64,000 nucleotides of DNA, taken from Minutocellus sp. GHC0000111 (lineage: Eukaryota). Below are positions 1-12,000 of this stretch, piece after piece. Each line of letters begins with the position of its first letter. Position 1 is the stretch's first letter. The notes below the pieces were generated by a model. The model was not told the origin of the DNA, did no database searches, and was given only the letters and a program-made list of their open reading frames with translations. The position numbers were made by a program, and so were the translations under genes. The stretch is taken from assembly GCA_977018835.1 (NCBI GenBank), contig OZ361260.1:992001-1056000 (forward strand). The letters are read 5' to 3'.

Positions 1-153
1 ACTTTGTGTTCAGCAAGCCAGCTGTGGCCAAGACATTTCTTCTTTTCTGAACCGAAAACGGGAAACCGGAGGTCCTCACCATACGGCCAACCAACATCAC
101 AATATGTATGAAACGGCAAATCAAACCATCGTGCAAAAGAAACGTTCCAAAGC

Positions 154-1115
154 ATGAAAGCAGACAAGAACCGGCCCCCACCAATTCCATCGAAAGGAAG
201 GAGAGGTAGGCAAGGCAAAACCAAACGGTGCCACCAGGACGAGGACTGCTGTGGGGGCGCTGGGCTGATGACCCTGGCTGCATCCGAGGCAACACCCAAC
301 GACGTCCTCTTTGGCCGAGGTTGCAGCCAATCGCCTGGGAATGTGGCCTTCCGCCAGCTCATTGCCGAGAGGGGCGACGATTACCTCCGGATATTACGGC
401 GGCTATGCTTGCCTCTCAGAGTTTTCATGACTTTCTTTCTACCATCGCTAAACCCACCAGGGATAGTGGACAACAAGTCAGCACGCGAGGCGTCGCTCTT
501 CCTCCCACTTCGAACAGCGTTATTGCCATCGCCAGTTCTGGTACCAGCGCCGGTGCCTTTCCTATCGCAGACCCACCACATTTCAATCCAGACGCCGGGG
601 TCTCTTCTGGCAACGCTACACAACACCCTCCTTTAGCACATGCAGACCTATCAGCCATGCGCCAACAATTTATCATTAGTTCTGCTGGCGAGACTGGGCC
701 TGTAACTGATGCTTCATGTATTCCAACCATGGGCGGCGTTGCTGCGGGATATCAACTCCCGTACACCATGCTAGCACCGTCGTTGATGTCGTCAATCCAC
801 CAAGCAACACATGCTAGCAGCAATACACCATCGTCTATGACTACGACAGCAGCAGCATCGCTTCCTTTCCCTTTTGCCAATCCTACTGACGCTCAGGCCA
901 CCACATACAGCAGCAGCACTTCACGACTATCAAATCTGCCAACCTCTTTGTCCTCCGGTCATTCTGCAACCACGCATGCAGGTCCATCGTCGATTGCCAG
1001 CGCTTCGCAGATGCCAACACAGGCCCAGTGCCCTCCTCCCCGGCCACTTGAGGCCGGTGCTGCTGCTGGTGACGACGACTTTCAGAGAGTTCTTGGCTGG
1101 CTCCAACAACAATGA
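154..1115 (+). pseudogene. Degenerate or frameshifted DUF6824-family gene, tandem paralog of 2033-4615
   Basis: ORF 154..636 has NDVLFGRGCSQSPGNVAFRQLIAE (DUF6824 start) but the domain is cut off. The second frame (228..1115) ends DDDFQRVLGWLQQQ, matching DEDLQKILGWFRE in the neighbouring gene. Confidence 0.6.
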
Positions 1116-1277
1116 CGATCTACACATGTACCGGTGGTATAATGCGTGTATGTAACTAAAATTCTATAGCACTTACATGTACACGTAGATCTAGACGTTT
1201 TACCGAGTTGTCGCGTTGAATATGAATATAGATCTATGTAAATTTGCACATGCTACCGGTAGCTGATACATGTAGTA

Positions 1278-1455
1278 CAGTCCGTCCCCGAAAATAAGCA
1301 TATCCATTCTGGAGCTGAGGTCTCAGTATGCTTATTTTGGAATAAGGCATTTTAACACGAATGAGATGCCAATTCTATCTTAGAATAAGCAATAGGCCCA
1401 AAATCTGAGGTCTCAAACAAGCATATTGAATATGCTTATTTTCGGGGACCGACTG
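1278..1455. mobile_element. 178-bp Tc1/mariner-type MITE
   Basis: 26-bp TIRs: CAGTCCGTCCCCGAAAATAAGCATAT (1278-1303) and its reverse complement at 1430-1455 with 1 mismatch. TA on both sides (1276-1277, 1456-1457). Internal CTGAGGTCTCA occurs twice. Confidence 0.9.
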
Positions 1456-1624
1456 TACCGGTACATTAATTATCGATCGTTCGTCGTCCTCGTCTTGCTT
1501 CTCGCCAACATAAGTCTGGCAGTCACTTTCGAATTACGGTAGATCTGCCAACCAACAATCCTGGTGCTGCCTGGCGAGATATGTAATAATTTTGGTCCGA
1601 TTGACACCGGCACCATTTCCTACG

Positions 1625-1773
1625 TGAAATTATGATGTGTGCTTTTGCTAATGCAAGTGCGGCAGCCTACTTTCGGATGCATAGGGTTCTATTCTCTTCC
1701 ACTAGAGCTACATGTAGCTACTAGATCTAGACGGGACGACGACACCCTGCACCACCACCACCACCACCACCAC
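1625..1773 (+). mobile_element. 5'-truncated 3' end of the non-LTR element family seen at 4734-5865
   Basis: 1625-1663 matches the reverse complement of 4802-4840 at 38/39 nt. It continues through ATAGGGTT, TAGATCTA and CGGGACGAC into a (CAC)8 tail. Confidence 0.8.
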
Positions 1774-2032
1774 CCAACAGGCGGCGAGAACAGGTTTTGC
1801 CATGTCATTTGGAATTGTCTCTGTGTCAGAAAGAAATTTCTTGCGAAAGAAACCCGGCGCGGCCGCATGCATCTGCCTGGAGGAACCCATCTTGGCTGGG
1901 ATTACGGCGACGAGAGATTCAAGTACATCTCTTAGGCGTGGCACCATTCAGGTCCGCGCCTCTGTGCAATCAATTTTCGCACCAGATACAGTCGATACAC
2001 ATAGCATAGCATAGCACAGCGCGGAGAGGCAG

Positions 2033-4615
2033 ATGTCGTCGACGTCGTCTCCCGACACGGCGTATGGCAGCACGGAGGAGAGCGGCGGCGAGGGCGGGAC
2101 TGCCACTGCCAGTTCTACCGCCGCGGGGGCCATGGTCCATGCCTCTCAAATCAACGATGCCGACGTCCTGTTCGGTCGGGGCGGGAAGAGCAATCCGGGC
2201 AACGCGGCCTTCCGGCAGCTCGTGGCGGACCACGCCGAGGAGTACTCCCGGGTGAAAAGGGCGCGGAAGACCCAGATATCCCGTCAGCTGATCGATGAGG
2301 TTGCGTCGAGGGGCGGCCGGTTCCTCGTTGCCGTCAAGGACAGCCAGGCTCCGAAGGGAGGGAAGTTGCCGGGCGGCGGCGAAGGTGGCGATCCCCCTCA
2401 GCCTCAGTGGAAGGTCGCCAAGTGGAGGAAGGTGGCGACCGACGCGGTCGCGATGGAAAAGGCCAAGCAGAGTCTTCGTGACACCGCCGCCAAGGATGCG
2501 CCGGCCAAGAGCGCTAGCAGCGGTACATGTACTAGTAGCGGTGGTGGCGCTACCTCCTCTTCCAGCGATGCAAGCCCGGCCAAACAGGGCAAGAAGAAGA
2601 AACAGACAACAAAAAGGCCCCAGCAGCCTCCGCAACATCCCCCTCAGAAGCAACGAGAGGTCGTCAAGACGAGCTTGGACTTCGATGAGATCTCGGGTTT
2701 CGTTACAGCCACCGCCACGACGACAACTACCACCACAACAATCACAACGACAACTACCCACACCACAACCACAGTGCCCGAAGCGCCGTCGGTCCAGCCA
2801 GAGGTGCAGGATTTCGAGGAAATATTGAACCTACTCTCCGACGACGACGAGGATGGCAACGTCGAACAGGCGCTGGAGGAGTGCCTTGGCGGTGGGGATA
2901 TATCGGTCAACCTCTCTGCAGCAGCAGAGGAGCTGCTGCATCAGTCACCGACGCCGCTGCCCTACTCTGCCACGAACGATCCTCCTTCGATCCGAACTGG
3001 AGGCATCACAAGGTCTATCTCTTCGGAAAAGAGTGGGGGGGGCACGGCAACGTCGTCAAGCCAGGCCGCTGATGGAGCAAGTCTCCCGTCCAGTACTGCC
3101 CATGCTGCAGTAAGCCCCGTGGACTCGTTTGCTCCTACCGCTGGTGTTGGTTGCACAATTTCTCCCGTTGACAATACCTTCAATACAATGCCGCCACAGC
3201 CTCCTTGTCAACAGATTAATCGTGCCATGATGCCGAATGCTTATTATCAACAACGGGGCGATGGACAAAATGGTAGTGGATCCCGTGCGAGTGCCAAACC
3301 AATAAAGAGTCGAACCATCGCCACGGGACGCATAGCCAACGATGACGAAGACTTGCAGAAGATTCTAGGGTGGTTCCGAGAGGACGAAAAGGCCGAAAGC
3401 CCGGGAATATCCTCAGCGACGGACGATTCTCCTGCTGGAGGGCAGATGCACAATGGTGGCGTCGACCTTTCCTTTCCACACCTCCAATCCATAGCGGAGG
3501 GCATGGCGATGCCCCTTTCCTCTACCGGCATTCCTACGAATAATTTATCTCCCGGGGCGATGCCGCTTGGTGTTGCGCCTTATGAAACTGGAGCTCCCTT
3601 GCCTCCCGTTCCTCAAGATACTTTGACTCCGGAAGAGTTGTCAATGGTAGCGCCCAACAACTCGATTGGTAATGGAATGCCTGCATCGTTTGCATCTAAT
3701 CAGCAGCAGCAGCCGATTTTGAACGGTGGTTTCATCCAGCAGCAACTGTTCCAACAGCAGCAGCCTATGAATATGAACCAGTCACTACCGGCATTCGATG
3801 AACAGCCAAACCTCCAGAGCTTTCAGCGGCACCAGCGCGCTAATCCCAACACCACCGGTGTCCAACAAGGAGCACCGAAACGCGCGCGGTACGAAGAGCC
3901 GGCGCCGACCACCGACCGCCTCGCCCCGTTGTATGAGTGGGGCACAGAGCTGGACGAGGTCACGCAGAATTGCCTCGAGTACAGTCTTCCCGTCACTCTC
4001 CCGGCTCTCTCGTGGTTGCTGGGATACTCCCGCGCTGGCATCTGGTTCTGCGTCCTCACCGTTGTCTTTCACACCCTGGAGAGTGCTATTACCAATTTTG
4101 GTCCACGAACGCAGAGTTTTCGTTTCCCCTTCGCGCCGCTCGATCCAGTTACGCACATGCTCATCGACTGTGGCATTATTTGGGGGCATTCGCTCATCTA
4201 TGCTCTCTTTCCCCATCACTTTGGTCCTCATCCATACATTCTGTCGTTTTGCATTTGGTGCACCCTACCTTACTACGTCGCATCGAGCTACAAAACACAT
4301 GTGTACAGGGTCCGCAGAGAAGAGCTTATGGCAAGCAACGAGAGTGATGACCATAAGAAAGAAGTTGGCGATGAAACGACGATTGGGATCGCAGGTGCTG
4401 AGGTGCTATCCTCGGACGAATCATCATCGACGACGACATCTTCCTCTCGTTCTTCCGAAGCAGAAGATTTTCGTCATACCATGCCACATCTGATTGAAGA
4501 AAATGAGGCACCAGAGAGGAGCAAATGCAAACCCTCACCCTCCTCGTCACACTTGGAATATGCACATGTTCGTTATGGACGAAAAGTTGTGCTTGTCAAG
4601 TGGAAAGAGGCATGA
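2033..4615 (+). CDS. DUF6824-domain protein with low-complexity middle and a hydrophobic (possibly multi-TM) C-terminal region
   Basis: 860-aa ORF with DVLFGRGGKSNPGNAAFRQLV...GGRFL...AMEKAKQSLRD. Confidence 0.8.
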   Translation: MSSTSSPDTAYGSTEESGGEGGTATASSTAAGAMVHASQINDADVLFGRGGKSNPGNAAFRQLVADHAEEYSRVKRARKTQISRQLIDEVASRGGRFLVAVKDSQAPKGGKLPGGGEGGDPPQPQWKVAKWRKVATDAVAMEKAKQSLRDTAAKDAPAKSASSGTCTSSGGGATSSSSDASPAKQGKKKKQTTKRPQQPPQHPPQKQREVVKTSLDFDEISGFVTATATTTTTTTTITTTTTHTTTTVPEAPSVQPEVQDFEEILNLLSDDDEDGNVEQALEECLGGGDISVNLSAAAEELLHQSPTPLPYSATNDPPSIRTGGITRSISSEKSGGGTATSSSQAADGASLPSSTAHAAVSPVDSFAPTAGVGCTISPVDNTFNTMPPQPPCQQINRAMMPNAYYQQRGDGQNGSGSRASAKPIKSRTIATGRIANDDEDLQKILGWFREDEKAESPGISSATDDSPAGGQMHNGGVDLSFPHLQSIAEGMAMPLSSTGIPTNNLSPGAMPLGVAPYETGAPLPPVPQDTLTPEELSMVAPNNSIGNGMPASFASNQQQQPILNGGFIQQQLFQQQQPMNMNQSLPAFDEQPNLQSFQRHQRANPNTTGVQQGAPKRARYEEPAPTTDRLAPLYEWGTELDEVTQNCLEYSLPVTLPALSWLLGYSRAGIWFCVLTVVFHTLESAITNFGPRTQSFRFPFAPLDPVTHMLIDCGIIWGHSLIYALFPHHFGPHPYILSFCIWCTLPYYVASSYKTHVYRVRREELMASNESDDHKKEVGDETTIGIAGAEVLSSDESSSTTTSSSRSSEAEDFRHTMPHLIEENEAPERSKCKPSPSSSHLEYAHVRYGRKVVLVKWKEA

Positions 4616-4733
4616 TTAGGGACACATCGTGTAGATCTAGCTGAGGTGGAAGAAAAGGCAGCACCACATCACCAAGCAAGAGGGGGCACCGTCCTTCTCC
4701 TTCATATTACAGTACATTTGCTGAAAATAGTGT

Positions 4734-5865
4734 GGTGGTGGTGGTGTCGTCCCGCTAAGTATAGCTTAGATCTATCAAATAACCCTATTCGAAAATAGGT
4801 AGCCGCACTTGCATTAGCAAGAGCACACATCATAATTTCATATAAACATAAAAAGGTTGTAAATCACATGGTATCAATAGGATCAACTCACAAGTCTCGA
4901 TCTCACCAAGCATCAGGGTTGTTGGCTGGAACAAATCCTTCGAAAGTAGCTGCCAGATTAAGTCTGGCTGACCTGCTCCTTGTAGTTCTTCTCGGTACGG
5001 GTACTTCTGTGTCTTCGTCGACGGATGCTATTACTGCAGCTACTGTAGCATTAGTAAGAGCATTTATCATCGGAGACATGGTAGCACGCTCGACACTCTG
5101 AGTCGAACGGGGAGACAGTTCATTGACGGCTACTTCAACATCTTCAGCAGTGAACGGCTCTGTGATGATGTTATCGTTGTCGGTGAGGAGGGAGCATTGG
5201 ACATAGGTAGGTCCATGGCGAAAATTGCAGCTATCGCAAAAGGGCGGTCGGCTCAACGGTGATAAGCACGGTGGGCCAATGCAGTCTGCACATTGACAGT
5301 TACTGCAAATTGTAGGGCCAGAATCATTGCTTGGTGTTGATGGCAGTTGGATCGTCGTGCGGGATCTCTGAGGAGGGACTCGGCCTAATTCGGAAGGCTT
5401 AAAGGCCGAATATGCGCCTGGTTCTAGTCCGAGACATCGTTCCATCATCGCTGGCCACTGGTTGGGCTGCACTAATTCGAAGAGAGGTTTGACTCGAGTG
5501 CTGACTTCGATCGATCGGCCGCTGTCAGCGATTGCAAATGGCGCCATTATCTGAACGTCATCTTCAAGGAGTGAAGCTTCTGCGATTCGCCTGAGACTAT
5601 CGGCATGAGAATGTGCGACCGTCTTGATGACCGTGGTGTGAAAAGGCTCTGGATCTACTTCTTCGTCGGTCCAGCATGCATGGGTGAATTCTACGAATGC
5701 ATCGAACAATTCATCACTCTCTCTGATGATTTTGTAGGCTTCGATTGGCACTCCGTCGACGCCCGGAGATTTCTCCAAGCAGCTCTGGCGATGGCATGAT
5801 CTATCTCATCTCTTGACGGCAGTTCACCTAACTCTGCGACTATCGCACGTTGCTCGATGACCTCA
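4734..5865 (-). mobile_element. 5'-truncated, internally deleted non-LTR retrotransposon (LINE, RTE-like)
   Basis: Direct repeat GAAAATAGTGT at 4723-4733 and 5866-5876 (TSD). Minus strand encodes the pre-RT motif LPSRDEIDHAI...KSPGVDGVPIEAYK, then a Cys-rich C-terminus. No RT core is present. The 3' end is a (CAC)n tail. Confidence 0.8.
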
Positions 5866-6340
5866 GAAAATAGTGTATAATTAGATCTAGCATAGGTAAT
5901 GTTTTGCTTGTAGTAATATGAATAGATCTATTGTGAGTGTGCATGAGAGCCTCTTATCTGAAGTGTGCATGATGAAACCTCGAGTCAAGTCTGGACTTGT
6001 ATGGAGACCGGCTGACAATGGCAGCAGGCAGCAGCCTTCGCCTCCCGCACTACCTTCCGCTCTTTCGCCCGCCCCATTTCTTTATTATTGCTGATGCGGG
6101 CAAGGGCTCCGGAAGATGATATGATAAGAACAGATGCATCTTCCTACCCTTTATTTGCCATTACTGTAAGGGGTCAAAGATCAACAAGCAGGCGCCGCGG
6201 TGGTTCTGTTGAACGGTTGACTGGACGACGGAAAAGAACACAGTCATACAACCAAACGCCAACTCCGCCCCAGCACCGCATCTGAAAAGTGTGCCGCCGC
6301 TGCTGCAGCTACCGGGCTTGCACATTGGACGATTCAATCA

Positions 6341-8845
6341 ATGTCCCAAGCGGATACGCGGCCAGTCCCCGTCCAATCAGCCAGTATCGTTGAAAACATG
6401 AGCGTGGCTTTACCACCGCGTGATGCATCGCCACGTCTCCTGACCGCCGACCAACAGGGCGGTTCGCATCCAGTCGTCGATGCGGCCGCCGTCTCTTCGG
6501 ACCGGAAGGCGGCGAACAGTGATCATCTGTTGCCCGCGGAGGAACCATTGGCGTTGCCTCACGATGATGATAACGTAAGAAGTGGAAATTCAAGTCCTGG
6601 TGAAAAGAAATTGGACGATGGCAGCACGAGTGGTGGCGCTGAGGACTGCGGAGGTTCGGCGGCGGCAGCGGCGGCACCATCATTTTCGGGTCAGCTGCAA
6701 TCACCTGAGGCAGCAGAGTCACTGAACACACAGTTCAAGTTGTCTCTTGCGGATATGAAACCAAATCAGCTGCAGATTGAGGAGGAAAGTCCGGCAGTTA
6801 CCATCATAACCAGCAATCGTCAGGCTGCTGCTGCGGGTACAGCTACCGGCACTTCTGCGGTCGCCGGTGCACATGTGGGTGGTGTCCCCAATTTGCCAGC
6901 GATGGACCATCCGACACGACATCATCAACCTCCGATTGGATCTACGACGAATCTATACGACCGACCATCTCTGCACCAGGTCCATGCTGCAAATTGTGGA
7001 GATGCATTTGCAGTTGGCAGTCCAAGCAAGCCTCCCGATATTACCTACTCGCACCGGCAGGTGGCAGCCGCAGCCATGATCAGTCCTCTGCACGCACCGA
7101 TGGAGGTCTTGGGAGAAAACGATCAAATTCCAGACATACCCTTGATCAATTCGCATTCCACCTCGCGGGATAATATGGCTGAAGCTGGTACGAACAGTGG
7201 TGGAATCTTCACCGCGGCCGGTAGGTCTCCTCACTCCTCGGTCAATTCTCTATCGACTCCGGCATCATCTCTGGGGTCGCAATCCGCCAGTCTTATGAGT
7301 AGCGTTGCCACGCCACCGGGATATATCCTTGCGGGGAATAGTGCTAGTGGACGGTACTATCGCAACAATTCTACCATGGCGGCTCAGAAGCCAAGAGTGT
7401 ACTCCGCGATCGGAAGCCTGGAATCCCTCACCAGTCCAAGCAGTCTCAGTGCCAAAATTATGGCGTCGCAACAGCAGCAGCAGTATCAGCGGTTGGCGAC
7501 CGGTCCTATATTGCCCCCATCCAACTTGCGATCAACGCCAGTATCGACAGTGAATGAAGCCTCGGGCGGCATTGTCGTAGGTGGGTCGGCGGCCGCGGCA
7601 GGCAGTGCGACCGCCAATGTGTCTGAAGTTGGCAAAATGGGCGGAGGTAATCAGCCTTCTTTGTTGACACAGGCAGAGAAGAAGGGTGATCTTAAGCAAA
7701 TACACCAGGATCATCTTCGACAATCCGGGACGAAAGAACGATCGAAGTCGGCCACCAAGACAGACGAGGACCCGGGAAAGAGTTCGAGCGAGAGACGGAG
7801 ATCGAAGGGCAAGCTTAAGTCGTCTCTTCGCCGTCACTCGAGTGATGCAGTGAGTCATAAAGACAATCCAAATTCGACGAACGCCGCTGAAAGAAAGAAA
7901 TTAAGCGGCAAGAAGAAAAGCAAGAAAAAGTCAGTCAAGATAGATACAAGTTCGACCAGAGTGATTCCGCCAAAACCTGCTGAAATGTTCCGTCCTTCAT
8001 GTGACGCTTACACACCACGGATGGGACGGAAGAAGATTTAATACAAGCCAGCCGAACATCGAACGCCAGTACAGAAAATGTCCGGCTCAATGGGGACGAT
8101 ATCGAGGCCCAATTTTCGCGACGCCCTGCGACGAGTCGCCATGATCATCCAACAGCACGTGGTCAAGATCGAGCAGAGATTTGAATCCGGGGTGCACGGA
8201 GCGGACGATACAGGTTTGTTCCGCCAGTCCATGCGAGAAGCGTTCGCAGAAGATAACTTCGTGACGCCTCGCTACAAGTGCACCGTCCTCCGACTTCCGA
8301 TGGGCCGCCCTGGGGTCATATATGGCCATCGAAAGATCAAGGTTGAGTACAAGATCCCGACTGTGGAGGAAATATATGACTTTGGTCACCAACTATTCAA
8401 GGCAGTTCAGCTCTCTTCAGAGTGCTCGATTGTTTGTCTCATCTACGTAGAACGGTTGATGGAAGTAGCCAAGGTGCCTCTCTTGGCTGACACTTGGAAA
8501 CCAATCTTTATGGCAGGCCTCCTGCTTGCAAGTAAGGTTTGGCAGGATTTGAGTTCGTGGAACATTGAGTTTGCGAGCGTTTATCCACAATTCTCGTTGG
8601 ATTCCATAAACCGATTGGAGCTACAATTTTTGAAGAGCGTCAAGTGGGATCTTTACATATCCAGCTCGCTCTATGCCAAGTACTATTTTGCTCTCCGCTC
8701 GCTCTTGGAAAAGCAGGACTTTAGACAAAAGTATGCCCGCATGACCGGTGTCGGGGGGGTGACGGCCTCGGAAGCCATGAAAGTGCAAAAGCGTACAGAG
8801 CGTGTGAAGGAGGAGGCTTTGATACAGCTGAGCCGAAGTATGTAG
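6341..8845 (+). CDS. Cyclin Y-like protein with long disordered N-terminus; one in-frame TAA at 8039-8041
   Basis: ORFs 6341..8041 and 8078..8845 are in the same frame (RKKI*YKPAEHRTPVQKM). Cyclin box: QLSSECSIVCLIYVERL...LLLASKVWQDLSSWN...SSSLYAKYYFALR. Confidence 0.85.
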
Positions 8846-9075
8846 TTCGAACCTCCTACCTACCGTACTACGTAGGTACATTCTTTCTAATACCGATCGG
8901 TGGAATAAAATCGCGAGGAGGACAGCGGAGGAATGATGTAGCCATTTGCTCGCGCGTTGAAAAGCACCGATACGTACACTAATTTTGTATATTTAGATTT
9001 GATACAATTGCAGCAGTATTTCAATCTTCCTTCTTACAATAATAAGTTGCAACTCTTTACGACAATCGCAGAATC

Positions 9076-12000
9076 TTATTCGTCATTGTCGCTGTCACTA
9101 TCAGAGGAGGACGATTCGCTTTCGCTTTCGCTCTCACCCACCGTGACGACCTCCTCTTTCTCGTCGTCATTATCGCTTCCCTCGCCCTGAAGTTGTTTTC
9201 TCTTGATAGCACCGACGGCGACTGTTCCTCCTACTTGAATCTTGCCATCGACTTGCGTTGGTGGGAGAACCAATTTCTTATCTTGGTTGGCCTCCCACGT
9301 GGAATAGTCTTCAGCAATGCTGTCGTCCATGTTCCCCATAGATATCAGCGTGTAGTCAATGAGATAGGAGCTCGTGTAAAGCTTGTCGAGGCGCTGGAAA
9401 TGCCTCTCGGCGTAAGGCATGATACCAGCCATCAGTTCCGGGATGCCATCTGCGGCGGCGAGAGTCTGTGCTGGGATTGAGGTCACAATGGCCTTTACGG
9501 TAAGCATAGCCACGTGTGAATTTCGGGCGCGAGTGTTCCAGTCTCTGCAATATCGGAGAACTTGGGTTGTTCGACTTATTGGCCAGCTCTTGACGTGTTC
9601 TTTGAGTGTAGACATGCTGTTTTGGCCCTTCTGAACGTCATTCTCGATTGTCGCTGTAAGTACCTTGAGAGCTTGTCTTGGTTTGTCGAGCTCTAGGGCA
9701 ATCTCTAGAGCCTTTTCGTACTCCTTGAACCTTAAGTGATTCGACAATCTCTGCTCCATAAGAATGTTCTTCTCCTCCTCATCGCGTTTTGCATCCTCGA
9801 GTTCCTTTGTGGTATCGTTCCAGACAATGATTCTGGAATCAGCACCTCCCGAAACGAATGTAGTACCATCTTGGTGCAGATCAAGAGCCCAGACCTTGTC
9901 GTTGTGGCCATCCATTGTGGCTTCACATTCGTTGGTTCGGATTGTCCAGAGTTTGACAAGACCATCGGCGCCAGATGACATCAGTTGAAGGCCTCCGCTG
10001 AGGAAACGGACTCGGAGGGTACTTGCCGCGTGTCCTTGGAAGGTACGGACGCAACTCAAGTCAGACAGAGACCACAGCTTGACAGTGCGATCACCACTGC
10101 ATGTTGCCAGGACCCTATCGAAGGGAGAGAACTGGCAGTCCCAGACTCCTCTCTTGTGGCCTCTGATTGTGCCCCGGAGACTAAGGTCGGAAGAATTCCA
10201 CAGCTTGACTGTCTTGTCCTGACTTCCTGTTGCCACCAAGGAATCATTCGGGGCCACACTGACGATGTTGATATCCTTCTCATGCACTCGGACACTGTTG
10301 AGAGAGCGGAGGCTAAGCTCTTCCCCATCCTTTGCGGCAGCACAGGCATCCAGCTCGGATGAACCAGGAAGAGCCCAACGCTTCAGGGTCCGATCCTTGC
10401 TGGCGGTCAGTGCAAAGGCTCCACCACCGTTCCGAGCTGATTTGCCGCCCACATCGTACCGACCAATCTTACGTGACAGCGCCGACGCTCCAATGGCCTC
10501 GGTGTGACCGGTGGCAATCGCTACGCACTTGCCAGATTCGACGTGCCAGAGCCTCATTGTTTTATCCTTTCCGCAACTAGACAGGTATCGGCCGCAGGGA
10601 CTCACCTCAATACTGAGGACGGTCTCCGTATGTCCGTCAAGGACGTTGCATGAGTAAGTCCCGAGCTCGAAGATTCGGATCTGAGCGCTATTGGTAGCGA
10701 CGGCAACCTTTTGCAGTGACGATGAGGCATCAAAATCGTCTCTGCCTCCCTCGTCCCTGGTAGATATCGAAGGTATGACTCTCAAATCAAGAATTTCGTC
10801 ATTGTGACCTACAATGGTCCGATCCATACGCAATACGGCTTTTCCTTCCACGATGGCGTCTGCGCCCGTTGCAGTTCGGCCCTCGAGATTTAGGAACGAC
10901 ATGTTGTGCTCAGCGTCGATCGCAATCAGTTCCTCGGGGCAGTGTGATGAGGCAGAAACTCGGAGGCGATTCTGGTGAGACGTCCTTAAGAGGCCCATGT
11001 AGCCTCCTCTTTTCTCGCCAAAGGCACTTCGTGCATCTTGCTCGGCGACGCACTCAAAATCGCTGACTGAGGGATGTCTAGAATCCTCGAAACCGTCCTT
11101 GGCGTCAACCATGGATGCTCTCCAAACCCTTACTACACCCTTGGACCCAGCAGTTGCGACGACAATGTCAGTATTGACCAAGTCAGGGTGGTAATGATAG
11201 TAGTGAGGTAAGACGACCATCCCCTCGATTTGTTCATAAACGGGAAGAGTGCAGATGCGTCTGTACACAGTCTTTGTTGTGGTTGGCGCCAATGATCCTC
11301 CATCCTTTCGGCGCTTCTTCTTCTTTCTGCTACCTTGGTTGCCAGTAGAAGCACTATCGACAACTTCCTCCTCGATACTCCAGGTATTGATAATGGCATC
11401 GCGTCCAGCAGTGACAAAAAGTCCTCGATCTTTTCCGGCCCAAACCATGCAAGTGACGGCGCTGACGTGATCAGTAGTCCTTACAATGGGAACATCCGAA
11501 GTCTCGGATCTCAAATCATGGAGACAAATCGAACCGTCTTCTCTGCCGATGGCAAGGATGAGATGCGTAGCGTCGGGCTGCCAAGCCAATCGCGACACGG
11601 CCGATGCTCCGCCTCTTCCACCAGCGGGAGGGCGAAAGGAGTGAGTGGCATATCCACCTCGAAGGTCCCACACCTTGACGGATCCGTCGACGGATCCGGT
11701 TGCAAAGAAGATGCCACTGCAGTGGAACTCGATGTGAGTCACCGGAAGATCGTGGCCAGACCGGCCAATCGTCCTGCGGACCTTGGCGGGTCCCTCCCCC
11801 AGCTCTCCTCCGTAGGACGAAGCTGAACCGGACAGATCGTATTGGCGAAGGATGGAATCGCGACTGCAAACGATGAGATCGGTATCGTTGGGAGCCAGAG
11901 CGTAGGCCGTGAGAGCATCTCGGTCCATAGCTCCGTCGTCGTCATCGTCATCGGCCATGGCGGCCTCGTCGTAGTTGGCGATGGAAGCAGTCGCAGCGTG

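Noticed and set aside
1625..4840. Inverted repeats flanking the DUF6824 gene, suggesting a gene-carrying TIR transposon
   Set aside because: The right copy is the 3' end of the TSD-bounded LINE at 4734-5865. Two oppositely oriented retroelement tails explain the pattern.
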